From the NCBI GenBank assembly GCA_963722255.1, contig CAVRJO010000002.1:1-64000 (forward strand): DNA of 64,000 nucleotides, given 5' to 3'. This DNA is from Candidatus Babeliales bacterium. GTDB lineage: Bacteria > Babelota > Babeliae > Babelales > JANWKD01. The notes below the pieces were generated by a model that did not search any database, had not been told where the DNA came from, and was given only the letters and a program-made list of their open reading frames with translations. This document shows positions 29,856 to 39,625 of the stretch, piece after piece (positions within the stretch are counted from its first letter, which is position 1; every line of letters starts with the position of its first letter). Made by a program: the position numbers and the translations under genes.

Positions 29856-30166
29856 ACCTAATTATATGGTATATTTCAATAAGAATAACAATTCATCAAA
29901 ATAAGTTCAAGAGTTATGCAATTTTGTATAACAAACTTTCTAATTCAAAAATTTCTTTTTTTTGAATTAATTTTTCCAAATTACATCCTTAAGAATTTTC
30001 AAACCTTGCCAAAATATATTTAAAAATAGAATTATATCAAGCCAAATGCTTTCTATTTTTTTCTTTTAAAAAATATTATTGAATTTAATAGTTTAAACTT
30101 GCTACTCTATTTCAAAGAATGATTAGTAAAAATTAATAATTGTGATGCTAAAAATTAGGGGACATA

Positions 30167-31225
30167 ATGAAAGCTCGCAATATTTTCGTATATACGGGAA
30201 CTCTACTATTCCCTGCACTTTTGGAATGCGCTGAAGCAAATTTTATGATTCATCATTTTGATACTCCATCGACGACTGAAAAAAAAATAGGATATATATT
30301 TGCTCACGGTTTGGGAGCAACTCAAGAACAGTCCGCTCTTTTTTCATCGAGCTCAACCGATAAATGGCTGATTAATAAGCCTCTTATTGTTTTTGATTTT
30401 CCTGACGCTAAAAATAACGCTATGGAATATCATAGTTCTCATGTTAATTTGGGTCAAGAAATCGATATTGCGCGATTAAAAGAAAGTTTTGAAAAAGCAA
30501 AAAATGCACTAGAAGGTCACCGCTTTGTATTAGCGGGAATTTCTCGAGGATCAGCTACTGTTATTAATTTTGTTGCTTTACATCAACCTGAATCTGTTGC
30601 TGCATTAGTTTTAGAGTCACCCTTTGATACGTTAACAAATGTTATAAAGCATTTATTGCGCAGATTTTATATTAATTGGTTTCCCTTTTCAAAAAAAATT
30701 GCATTAAAATTGGCAAAAAATAGCTTTCCCCGCTTAAATACTCAAGGAATATTTCCTCTTCATGTTGTTCATAAAATTCAATCGCATATTCCTATAATCA
30801 TTATTCATTCACGAAGAGATAGAACTATTCCCATTAATAGTTCTAGAAATTTATATCGATCTTTGGTTTTAGCAGGGCATACTCATGTTTACTTTCTTGA
30901 GCTTGCTTCGGGAGAACATGGAAAACTCGTTTACAGTATAGAGAGCGATCTATATGCAAATGTATTACATGCATTTTATAAAAAATATGATTTACCTCAT
31001 AATCCTCAGTATGCTCTTAATGGAGAAAATATGCTTAAGCATTGTCAGCCAACCGTTGAAGAAATTAATAGAAGAATTAGAAAAACAAAGAATAAAGAAG
31101 ATTTTTTAGAAGATGAGTTTGATGAATTAAATAGCAGCGATGCAGATTATTATAACTTTGGAAAAAATAGCCATTTCGAGCTTGAAGTTTCGCCAATTAG
31201 TACCAAAATGCATATGAGATTTTAA
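30167..31225 (+). CDS. Alpha/beta hydrolase, secreted
   Basis: AHGLG, GISRG nucleophile elbow, LESPF, HSRRD, GEH. Confidence 0.85.
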   Translation: MKARNIFVYTGTLLFPALLECAEANFMIHHFDTPSTTEKKIGYIFAHGLGATQEQSALFSSSSTDKWLINKPLIVFDFPDAKNNAMEYHSSHVNLGQEIDIARLKESFEKAKNALEGHRFVLAGISRGSATVINFVALHQPESVAALVLESPFDTLTNVIKHLLRRFYINWFPFSKKIALKLAKNSFPRLNTQGIFPLHVVHKIQSHIPIIIIHSRRDRTIPINSSRNLYRSLVLAGHTHVYFLELASGEHGKLVYSIESDLYANVLHAFYKKYDLPHNPQYALNGENMLKHCQPTVEEINRRIRKTKNKEDFLEDEFDELNSSDADYYNFGKNSHFELEVSPISTKMHMRF

Positions 31226-31244
31226 AAACATGATTATATGATAC

Positions 31245-32177
31245 TCATACATGCTCAAAGTAGCCAAGACGTTTTTCTTCTAAATAAAATATATATGAAC
31301 CAACCGCTAAAACAATCATAGAGAAATAGAAACTTGGTGTTATTGATTCATTCAGAAATGCCCATCCATATAAAGCAGCAAATAAAGGTGTTGCTAATTC
31401 GCCAAGAGTAACAAAAGTTGCAGTATATTTATGTAGTAAATAACCATAGATTGCATAGCATATAACGCTTCCTATTATTATGAGTAATGAAGTCCAAAGT
31501 ATGAAAGGCATTAATTCCGTAATAGGAATCCATGGATGTATCCATGCTGTAGATTGATGATAAGGAATGTCAAAAATATATATAGTTAACAGAGATGCGA
31601 TTCCTCCACAAAGCATACCAACGCCATTAACAAATACGGTGGGAATAAAATGCCGTTTGATTGCTTTTCTCATAACAACCCAACCATAGGTAAACGAGAT
31701 AACTGCTAAAAAAACCCAAAGCTCAGGCCATGAAATAAATAAGAAAGCATTTGATCCCTTACTTTCAGATGGTTCCATCAATACAGGCAAAAAACTTAAA
31801 AGGCAGATTAAAAGACCGACTATTTTTTTAAATGTCATTAGTTCGTTAAATACTATATAAGAAAAGCAAGCTGCAATGACGGGAGAAAGATTGTAAAGCA
31901 ACGCAGTTTTTGAGGAAGAGAGATATTCTAAGGCCATAAATTCCATATTAAAAGCAAAATAAAAACTTGCAAAAGCAACTTGAGCCAATACCCAATAATC
32001 ATATTTTCGTAAAGATGGCATTTGCTTATAATGAAAATAATAATAGAATAAAAATAATATTCCCGAAACCAATAACCGAATACCAATTAAAAACATTGGG
32101 GTAGTATACTGCATTGCAGTTTTTCCTATGGTAAAGGTGCTTGCCGAAAATGCGCAAAGAAGAAACAAAAAAAGCAT
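31245..32177 (-). CDS. DMT/EamA family transporter
   Basis: Ten-TM pattern, two EamA halves, TPLFAALYGWAFLNE. Confidence 0.9.
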   Translation of the reverse strand: MLFLFLLCAFSASTFTIGKTAMQYTTPMFLIGIRLLVSGILFLFYYYFHYKQMPSLRKYDYWVLAQVAFASFYFAFNMEFMALEYLSSSKTALLYNLSPVIAACFSYIVFNELMTFKKIVGLLICLLSFLPVLMEPSESKGSNAFLFISWPELWVFLAVISFTYGWVVMRKAIKRHFIPTVFVNGVGMLCGGIASLLTIYIFDIPYHQSTAWIHPWIPITELMPFILWTSLLIIIGSVICYAIYGYLLHKYTATFVTLGELATPLFAALYGWAFLNESITPSFYFSMIVLAVGSYIFYLEEKRLGYFEHV

Positions 32178-32249
32178 ATTTTTATTTTAAAGTTTAAAGT
32201 GTTATAATTAAAAGCAGTATACCATTAATTTTAAGTGAGGAATATAAAA

Positions 32250-33764
32250 TTATATCATCCATAGGTGTGCCTCCTTTTTATTCGATTCTGATTCAGCTTT
32301 AAGTAATTCCGCTTCCCTTAATGTAGCAAATAGTTCTTGATTATTATGATGAATAATAATTCTATGATTTTGTTTAATTTGGTTCCAAAGTAATCGGATT
32401 TCATCCGGGATAATGATGGTATGCGGGTTACATTCTATTTTATAATTCCCAATTGAGGTAAGTTTATTCATAACTTTTTTGGCTGCAGTGATATACTTTT
32501 TTTGTGGAGACCAATCAAATATTTGTAAATATAACTTTGCTACGTTGATAAATTTTATTTCTATTTGGGTCAGTTCATTATAAAGTGCAATCTTCCTTTC
32601 ACCTAAATCAAAATCACGAGCTTTTTGCGCCAACCTGCCATATTCCTTCTTTTTTAATAGAGTTGTAAGCTCTTCAATATTTTGTTTATACCCATCTTTT
32701 GATAGGGCTTCATCCATTTTAATAAGCTCTTTTTTTATCATTTTATCAGTCATCTCTTTTATTGCATTGCGATCTTCCTTCTTTTTTGGTGACAAAGGTC
32801 TTTTTCGCTCATATTCCTCTATCTCATTTTTTATACCTAAGGCTTGACTTAATTGATTTTTAGCTTGATTTTTCACTATTTTTACTTCCTCTAAGGTATC
32901 TTTATAAATCCTATACATAGGCAACTTTTTTATTTTTGCATGAATTTTTTTCATTACATTTGGGATATCTTTATGTATAAATTCTTCTGATTCCTGATGT
33001 ATAGTATCTAATCCTTGATTTTCTGTTTCATCAAACATACTCTCTAGATATTGACTAGCGACTTCTTCTTTCATTCTATAATCTTTTAAATCATAAGATT
33101 GTTTATAAAAGAATTCTGCATTTCTATACATGGTACTACTCGTATGAAAAAAAAGTGCCTTTAGAAACTCTTCTTGTTCATTTTTTGCCTGAAGAAAGAG
33201 TGCAAATGCTTTTTCTTGATACCGTTTTCCTACCATATAATAATATTTTTTATAATAGCGTATTTTTTCAGCACGAAATTTTTTAGAATATTGTTGCGCT
33301 TTTGCAATTGCGATTTTGTCATTTTTGGCATGAAATAAAATCAGAGAAAGAAGATATTCTAATAGTTCAAATGATGTTTTAACATGCTCATGTTTTTTTT
33401 CAAAAGTCAGACCATTACCGAGTGGACATCTTAAATAATTAAGAAATAATTTGTATTTTACTACCTGATTTCTATACGATAAAGGATCATTGTCTTTTTT
33501 TGGAGTACCAATGGTAACTAATCCTGCCATTAGCTGTTGTCGCACCGACCTATTGGATGCTGAACCCATAAAAGATAATTCTTGCCCTCTTTTTTTCTTT
33601 GAATCAATCAATGCACTCTCCGTGCTCGCTGCTTTCGAAGGAATTTCATTGAGTGGTAAGGTCAGGTTGAATCTCTTTACCATTTTTTTATGAGTATCCT
33701 CATTTTCCATTGCATCTATAGACACCATGATTAAAAAAAAATAGATTATTTGTAGTGTTTTCAT
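32250..33764 (-). CDS. Secreted helical hypothetical protein, paralog of 33772-35364
   Basis: Likely start MKTLQII at 33764; signal + AME. Confidence 0.7.
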   Translation of the reverse strand: MKTLQIIYFFLIMVSIDAMENEDTHKKMVKRFNLTLPLNEIPSKAASTESALIDSKKKRGQELSFMGSASNRSVRQQLMAGLVTIGTPKKDNDPLSYRNQVVKYKLFLNYLRCPLGNGLTFEKKHEHVKTSFELLEYLLSLILFHAKNDKIAIAKAQQYSKKFRAEKIRYYKKYYYMVGKRYQEKAFALFLQAKNEQEEFLKALFFHTSSTMYRNAEFFYKQSYDLKDYRMKEEVASQYLESMFDETENQGLDTIHQESEEFIHKDIPNVMKKIHAKIKKLPMYRIYKDTLEEVKIVKNQAKNQLSQALGIKNEIEEYERKRPLSPKKKEDRNAIKEMTDKMIKKELIKMDEALSKDGYKQNIEELTTLLKKKEYGRLAQKARDFDLGERKIALYNELTQIEIKFINVAKLYLQIFDWSPQKKYITAAKKVMNKLTSIGNYKIECNPHTIIIPDEIRLLWNQIKQNHRIIIHHNNQELFATLREAELLKAESESNKKEAHLWMI

Positions 33765-33771
33765 ACAATTC

Positions 33772-35364
33772 TCACACACCATTACAATACATTCTATTAA
33801 ACTTATATTGAATTGGCTTTTGAATTCGTGCCACTCTATCAATTGAGTCATTTAATGATTTTTTTAACTCTGCAATGGCTCTTTGGTCTTGTTTTACTGT
33901 TGAATCAAGTGAATCAATTTTTTTGTGAATGCGTTTCATTCTTTTAATATTAAGCTTAATGGTTACAAGAATCTGTAACTGAGGGTTAAGAGCAAATGCT
34001 TCACGAAGTAATTTAGAAGATTCATAATAGTTATTTTCAATTCTTTTAAGATCTTGAATGTAACGAAATATATTTTTTTTAATCTTATAATCAATAATAG
34101 CTTTATAATAAATAGTTTGATTTTTTCCTTTAATAATAGTATTCAATTCATCAATAATTTTTCCGCTAAATTTTTTTTCTTCTTTATTCTTCTTACGAAC
34201 TACGATTTTTTTCTTATGTTCTTTCTCTATAATTCGTTCTAATTTTGCTTTATCACGCTTATTTAGTTTAGTAAGCCGTGCAGTTCGTTTACGAGGAGAG
34301 GTAATTTTTTCATTTTTTTCTTTAAGAAAATCCTTAAATTCGTTAAATGGCTGTAGTAATTTTTCAAGTTTTTGAGCTCTATTAATACATTTGCCTGAAG
34401 ACTGACAACGATTTCTAAAAATTCCATATTCTGGAAAGGTGTGAATTTTTGACTGTATTTGATATAAAAGATTGTTTATAGGGTCTAACATATGAGGAAT
34501 CTGTAGATCTCCTTGTTTCAAAGCATTCTCATAATATTGTTTCGCTTCGGCACAATAGGCTTGTGAGCTGTTATATAAGATTTTTTGCTTATATAAATTT
34601 AATGCTTGTTGTTCTTTATTCTCTTCATTCATGCGTTCTGCATCAGCAAATGCAATTTCAGCCAATCGTTGAAACTTTAACCCATCCAAAAGATTAACTC
34701 GACTATAATAATCTCGCTCCTCCTCTTCTATTTCTTTTTTTTTAAAGAGTGCATGCTTCAAATTTTCAACATCATCATGTTCTTGTGCAGCCTCGGCCAT
34801 TTGAATTGCTAAAAACTTTAATAGCCCATATTTTTTTTCAACAAGATCTTCCATGGTTACACATGGTCGAGGAACTGTAAAACAAGTAATATTAATCCAG
34901 GCTTCGAGCTCATCAACGATGTTTGTCGAAAAAGATTCATCGTCATAAATACTTTTTGAAAGAAGATCAAATAGTGTCATTTTGCCTTGTTGCACTTCAA
35001 ATTCAGAATCAGTACGGAAGAGAGTTTCTATTGATCGGTGTTTCGATGCTTGTTTGCGTGCTATCGGGGTAGTATTACTTTTATTTAATGACAAGGAAAG
35101 AACTCGTCTTCTTTGCGAAGGTGAGTTTAACATTGCCTGTAAAGAAGGGTCAATTTTAGGTTTTACAACTAATTCTTTTTCTCGCTTTTCTGTTTGGTCA
35201 TCTATAGTATTTTGAGAATCTAAGCTTGCGCTTCTCTCTCTTACTTTTTCTTTGCCTTTACCTTCCATCCCAAGGTTGGAATCTAGAGCCCATGCTTCCA
35301 TACACTCTAAAGTGCACGAAAAAATTGTGCTAAGAAAAAATAAAAGTACCCATACAATTTTCAT
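33772..35364 (-). CDS. Secreted helical Lys-rich hypothetical protein
   Basis: Likely start MKIVWV after AAGGGGA RBS; signal + CME. Confidence 0.7.
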   Translation of the reverse strand: MKIVWVLLFFLSTIFSCTLECMEAWALDSNLGMEGKGKEKVRERSASLDSQNTIDDQTEKREKELVVKPKIDPSLQAMLNSPSQRRRVLSLSLNKSNTTPIARKQASKHRSIETLFRTDSEFEVQQGKMTLFDLLSKSIYDDESFSTNIVDELEAWINITCFTVPRPCVTMEDLVEKKYGLLKFLAIQMAEAAQEHDDVENLKHALFKKKEIEEEERDYYSRVNLLDGLKFQRLAEIAFADAERMNEENKEQQALNLYKQKILYNSSQAYCAEAKQYYENALKQGDLQIPHMLDPINNLLYQIQSKIHTFPEYGIFRNRCQSSGKCINRAQKLEKLLQPFNEFKDFLKEKNEKITSPRKRTARLTKLNKRDKAKLERIIEKEHKKKIVVRKKNKEEKKFSGKIIDELNTIIKGKNQTIYYKAIIDYKIKKNIFRYIQDLKRIENNYYESSKLLREAFALNPQLQILVTIKLNIKRMKRIHKKIDSLDSTVKQDQRAIAELKKSLNDSIDRVARIQKPIQYKFNRMYCNGV

Positions 35365-35525
35365 CAAGTCCCCTTTACCCATAAGACTTTTTTTGTAAAA
35401 TTAGAGTACCATGTGTAGAAATCGCAAGTAAATAAATTTATTAATTATTGTATAATAATATCTATAGCAACCTTCATTAAGATATGCATATTTTTGCAAT
35501 TTAAAAATGATACTAATCGAAATAA

Positions 35526-35685
35526 TGTCATCCAGAGAATTTTCACGAAGTGAAATTCGTGGGATCCAGTAATTAAAATTGAAAGTCCTAATAAATCTTT
35601 CAAGATTTTAAAACATCAAAAAAATTAATTTTTTCATAGGTTTTTATTATTTAACTGGATCCCACGCCTCCGGCTCTGGATGACA
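35526..35685. repeat. Palindromic element (RPE/REP/MITE-like)
   Basis: Terminal IR TGTCATCCAGAG/CTCTGGATGACA and inner IR CGTGGGATCCAGT/ACTGGATCCCACG around an AT-rich core. Confidence 0.75.
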
Positions 35686-35739
35686 GTTTTGCCTTTATTG
35701 TTTTTTTTAAATTCAAATTGCGCGGTTTAGCGCGGAGCG

Positions 35740-37827
35740 CTATATTTCTGATTCTTTATTTGCTATGGCTAGTAACAATGGGGTTATTCCATCTTTATCA
35801 CCTTTGTAAATATCAGCACCTGCTTCAATTAATGATTCGGCAACTACAGTTTCATTATTTTCTAAAGCTAACATTAAAGGCGTTACACCTTCATTATTAC
35901 TTGTATTGATATTAACACATTTAGCAATTAAATACTGAGCAAAGTACGTTTCTTTATTTTCTATAGCCCATAACAGGGTAGTTATACCCCTATTTTTTCC
36001 TTTATGAATATCCATCGCTTTATTGATCAACCATTGGACAATGCCAAATTGTTTATCTGCAATGGCAATAGGCAACAACAGTCCAGTTATACCCTCACCA
36101 ATGTCAAATTGTTTATCTGCACGGCCTTCAAACCAATCATGTGGTGATCCAATAGTAATAGGCAACGGCGCTACTTCTTCATTAGCACCAATTTCGATCA
36201 ACCACTCAACAGCGCTATATTTTCCTTTTCTAATAGCTTGCTTTAACAATGGGGTTATTCCATCATTATCACTTTTAGAAATGTCGACACCATTATTTGT
36301 TAATTCATACCAATCAGAAATTCGAAGTACATGTCTACTTGAATTTTGTGCAAAATTAAGTTTAAGTCCTACATCCATTTTATGTAAAAATTTTTTTATT
36401 TCTTCGGATGTTTCTACATTACTATTTAAAGGACTTGTTTCTTCAGATTCTTGAGGCTGTGAGGAAATCTGTTCTTTCATTAATGGTATAAGATGTTGAA
36501 GTTCCAAGTTTCTTTTTGCTTTTTTAAGGGCAGTAATGCCATCCTGTCCACGAGCTTTGCAATTTGCACCATGTTTAATTAAAAATTGTGCAATAGGAGC
36601 ATTACGTTTTCTTAGGGCTTCTAGGAGCGGTGCTGTATTGGAAGCATGTCCATCAATATTTGCTCCTCTGTCAATTAACTTCTCAACAAGTGAAAGATTT
36701 GTATTAGTAACAGCAAAGAAAAGTGGACCAGATCCATTGTTATCAGATATGTTTACATCTGCGCCCAGATCGATTAATAAATCAACAGTTTGGGGAGTTC
36801 CAAAACATATTGCTTTAATTAAGGTTGTTTCGCCATCATGATCTTGAGCATTTATATTGGTTCCTTTTTTTATCAAAAATCGAACAATTCTGTCATGCTT
36901 TTGTGAAATTGAACGCATTATTGGAGTTAATCCTTTATTATCAGGCAATTCTATGAGAGCTTCCCTGGTATTTATGAATTTTTTAACTGCCCTATAATTA
37001 CCGATAAAGCAAGCCTCTGCTAAGGGTGTTAATCCCATAATAGAATCTTGTTGATTTATATCAAATGATTGACCCTCTAAAAGTGCTTCTATTTTTTGCA
37101 TATTATTTGAATAAAGAGCTGAAACTAATTGAGAATGCCCTTCTATATATGATTGTTTATCATAAGAATTCATTTTTTTATTAAAAAAATCATGCAAAGC
37201 ACTTTGTTGTTGTGAAGCATTTTTTTTATGATTAGTCATCAATAATTTTACTGTATCAACGCCTGCGCTGAGTTGTGCTTTAAAATGGGAAAATGTTACT
37301 TTTGCTTTTTTTGATGATACTTTACCCTTTTGTGGTAACTCTTTTTCGCCCGAATTCTTTTTCTCTTCTTTTTTTACTGTTCTACTTTTTTTAGATTCAC
37401 TCTGATTTCCGCCAGAAACCATGCGCTGTGCAACATCTGCAAGATTATAATCAAGTGCAAGAGAAAGAGCCGTATCGCCTTTTTCATCTGGGATATCGCT
37501 TTGAGCCCCATGATCTAATAAGAAATTAACAACATTAAAATTTCGACAACGAACTGCTTCAGAAAGAGGCGTTGAACCATTTAATGCTTGTGTATTAACG
37601 CTTGCACCAAATGCGACAAGCTTGTAAACCAGGTTACAATCATTGTTTTGAGCAGCAAATACCAAAGGAGGATTGCCATTATGATCATAGTTATCAAGAT
37701 TAGCGCCTTCAGTCATATATGTTTCTATCTTTTCTTTTTGACTCTGAACGCTCAGCTCCATGGCAAATAGAGGTAATGAACTGCAGATAGTGAGAACAAT
37801 GGCTAAAGGTATGAGATGCTTTTTCAT
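35740..37827 (-). CDS. Multi-ankyrin repeat protein, secreted
   Basis: Many GxTPL ankyrin repeats; signal + AME. Confidence 0.92.
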   Translation of the reverse strand: MKKHLIPLAIVLTICSSLPLFAMELSVQSQKEKIETYMTEGANLDNYDHNGNPPLVFAAQNNDCNLVYKLVAFGASVNTQALNGSTPLSEAVRCRNFNVVNFLLDHGAQSDIPDEKGDTALSLALDYNLADVAQRMVSGGNQSESKKSRTVKKEEKKNSGEKELPQKGKVSSKKAKVTFSHFKAQLSAGVDTVKLLMTNHKKNASQQQSALHDFFNKKMNSYDKQSYIEGHSQLVSALYSNNMQKIEALLEGQSFDINQQDSIMGLTPLAEACFIGNYRAVKKFINTREALIELPDNKGLTPIMRSISQKHDRIVRFLIKKGTNINAQDHDGETTLIKAICFGTPQTVDLLIDLGADVNISDNNGSGPLFFAVTNTNLSLVEKLIDRGANIDGHASNTAPLLEALRKRNAPIAQFLIKHGANCKARGQDGITALKKAKRNLELQHLIPLMKEQISSQPQESEETSPLNSNVETSEEIKKFLHKMDVGLKLNFAQNSSRHVLRISDWYELTNNGVDISKSDNDGITPLLKQAIRKGKYSAVEWLIEIGANEEVAPLPITIGSPHDWFEGRADKQFDIGEGITGLLLPIAIADKQFGIVQWLINKAMDIHKGKNRGITTLLWAIENKETYFAQYLIAKCVNINTSNNEGVTPLMLALENNETVVAESLIEAGADIYKGDKDGITPLLLAIANKESEI

Positions 37828-38220
37828 GGGTTCCTATATTCTATAATTGAAATATATCGGTATTTTTATTTTTTAATAATTTAATAATAACAAAGCAAGT
37901 GAAAATATCAAGCAAATTTGTTTTATTTAAAATAATTTAAAAAAATAAAAATACCTATTTGAACTTATATAAAAATTCAACAATCAAAGCTTTTTTAAAA
38001 GAACTCACTAAATATGCTAACAAAAAAATAGAAGTGTTTTATTATATAACGCGATTCATAAAAATGTGCATTAAGCAACTATAAATCCGCGCTTTTCATT
38101 CATGAATCAAAATTAATTCATTGAATTGCGTTTATTAATAAAAATGGCTGAATCCTGAATTAATAATTGGACCTGTATTCCAGAGAATTATAGTCAAATT
38201 TTTTTCATATAGCTCCATTT

Positions 38221-39129
38221 TTATTTGCGTGACTTTAACCACCATAAAAGACCAATGCAACCAGCTCCAAGACCAAAAGCTCCTAAAATTTGTTTGGTTG
38301 AATATCCTTGAGGCACATGATGAACGAATTTTTGCGAAGCCTCATAACCATCACTATGACCAACCTTGTAAAATGCTCGTGCAATTTGAGATAAATTAGA
38401 ACGACGATACTGATCTAATTCCATATCAAAAAGAAATACATCAGAACTTGAGTTATCTTTTTTAAATCTGTTTTGTAGTTTATTCATTATCTGTTCTATT
38501 TTTTCAATAGTAAGATTTTTAGATGATGGGGTTATAAAACAGCGTAAAGATGTTTGCCTTGATCCTTGACCTCTCCTAAATGATTGCTCCCATATATCAT
38601 CAAGCAGAAAAGATAAATCATAACCATTTTGACCTAAAGTATCAGTTGGCTTTAAATAAAAGTGGCATGTTTCAGCTCTTGGAAATGAATATGAAATATT
38701 ATTAGATCTTAATAATTCTTTCAAATTTGGATATGTTTGACAACCACCTATAACAAATGGAATTTTTTGCGCATAATTTATACCTTCTGCTCTACCATCA
38801 TTCCGTGCATTAATAACAAGCTGGCTACACTCTTCATTCACTAATTTATGCTCAGCTTGTATTAAATCGGTAATGTCATATAATCCATCAATAGTTGAAC
38901 TTATTGAATGCACTGTAACGCTAGTTTTATATTTATCGCTAAGAACAAAATATCCAAGATTCATGCCATTCAATTTTTCAACATTCAAAGAAACATTTTC
39001 TTCTCTACGAATTACAACGTTTATTGGAGGAAGAGTTTTGGAATTATCAAATTCATCACCTTTATTTTCCATAGAGTGCAGTGAATATAATGCTCCTGCT
39101 AATGTTATAAATACTACTATTTTTTTCAT
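38221..39129 (-). CDS. Secreted, C-terminally anchored hypothetical protein
   Basis: Signal + SME; C-terminal TM GAGCIGLLWWLKSRK. Confidence 0.7.
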   Translation of the reverse strand: MKKIVVFITLAGALYSLHSMENKGDEFDNSKTLPPINVVIRREENVSLNVEKLNGMNLGYFVLSDKYKTSVTVHSISSTIDGLYDITDLIQAEHKLVNEECSQLVINARNDGRAEGINYAQKIPFVIGGCQTYPNLKELLRSNNISYSFPRAETCHFYLKPTDTLGQNGYDLSFLLDDIWEQSFRRGQGSRQTSLRCFITPSSKNLTIEKIEQIMNKLQNRFKKDNSSSDVFLFDMELDQYRRSNLSQIARAFYKVGHSDGYEASQKFVHHVPQGYSTKQILGAFGLGAGCIGLLWWLKSRK

Positions 39130-39155
39130 GTAACACCTTCAAAACATAATGTATA

Positions 39156-39599
39156 TTAGGAACGAGATTTTAACCACAATACAAGACCAATACAACCAGC
39201 ACCCGCAATGGAAATGCCAGTTAATAAACCAAGAACATAACTTGTTTGTAAATGTGAATGAAACTTATTGCAGTATTGATCGTAACCACGAGCGAAACAT
39301 GTATTAAAGCCATCACGATACAATTTAGTTCCAAATTCGTTAATTATTGATTTAACCAATGGCGTTATATCTTCAGCACTTCTAGGATCCTTTCCAGGAC
39401 AATAGCGCCATTCATCACTACCAAGCAACCATTGAACAGAATCTGATGTTCTTATGGTGCCGTCACTCATCTCTAAAATTTCCTTTTCAATCTTTATTTC
39501 TGCTGGATTAAACTTATATTCATGCGTCATGCCATATACAGAACTACCCACTGAAACAACAGTTACAGTAAACAAAACTAATTTTTTCATAACATTCAT
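39156..39599 (-). CDS. Secreted, C-terminally anchored hypothetical protein
   Basis: Signal peptide; C-terminal TM GAGCIGLVLWLKSRS. Confidence 0.7.
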   Translation of the reverse strand: MNVMKKLVLFTVTVVSVGSSVYGMTHEYKFNPAEIKIEKEILEMSDGTIRTSDSVQWLLGSDEWRYCPGKDPRSAEDITPLVKSIINEFGTKLYRDGFNTCFARGYDQYCNKFHSHLQTSYVLGLLTGISIAGAGCIGLVLWLKSRS

Positions 39600-39625
39600 A
39601 AAACTCCAGTAGAATATAGTCTTTT

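Noticed and set aside
38049..38133. Imperfect inverted repeat AACGCGATTCA...TGAATTGCGTT
   Set aside because: Short arms, long loop, AT-rich context; no further support
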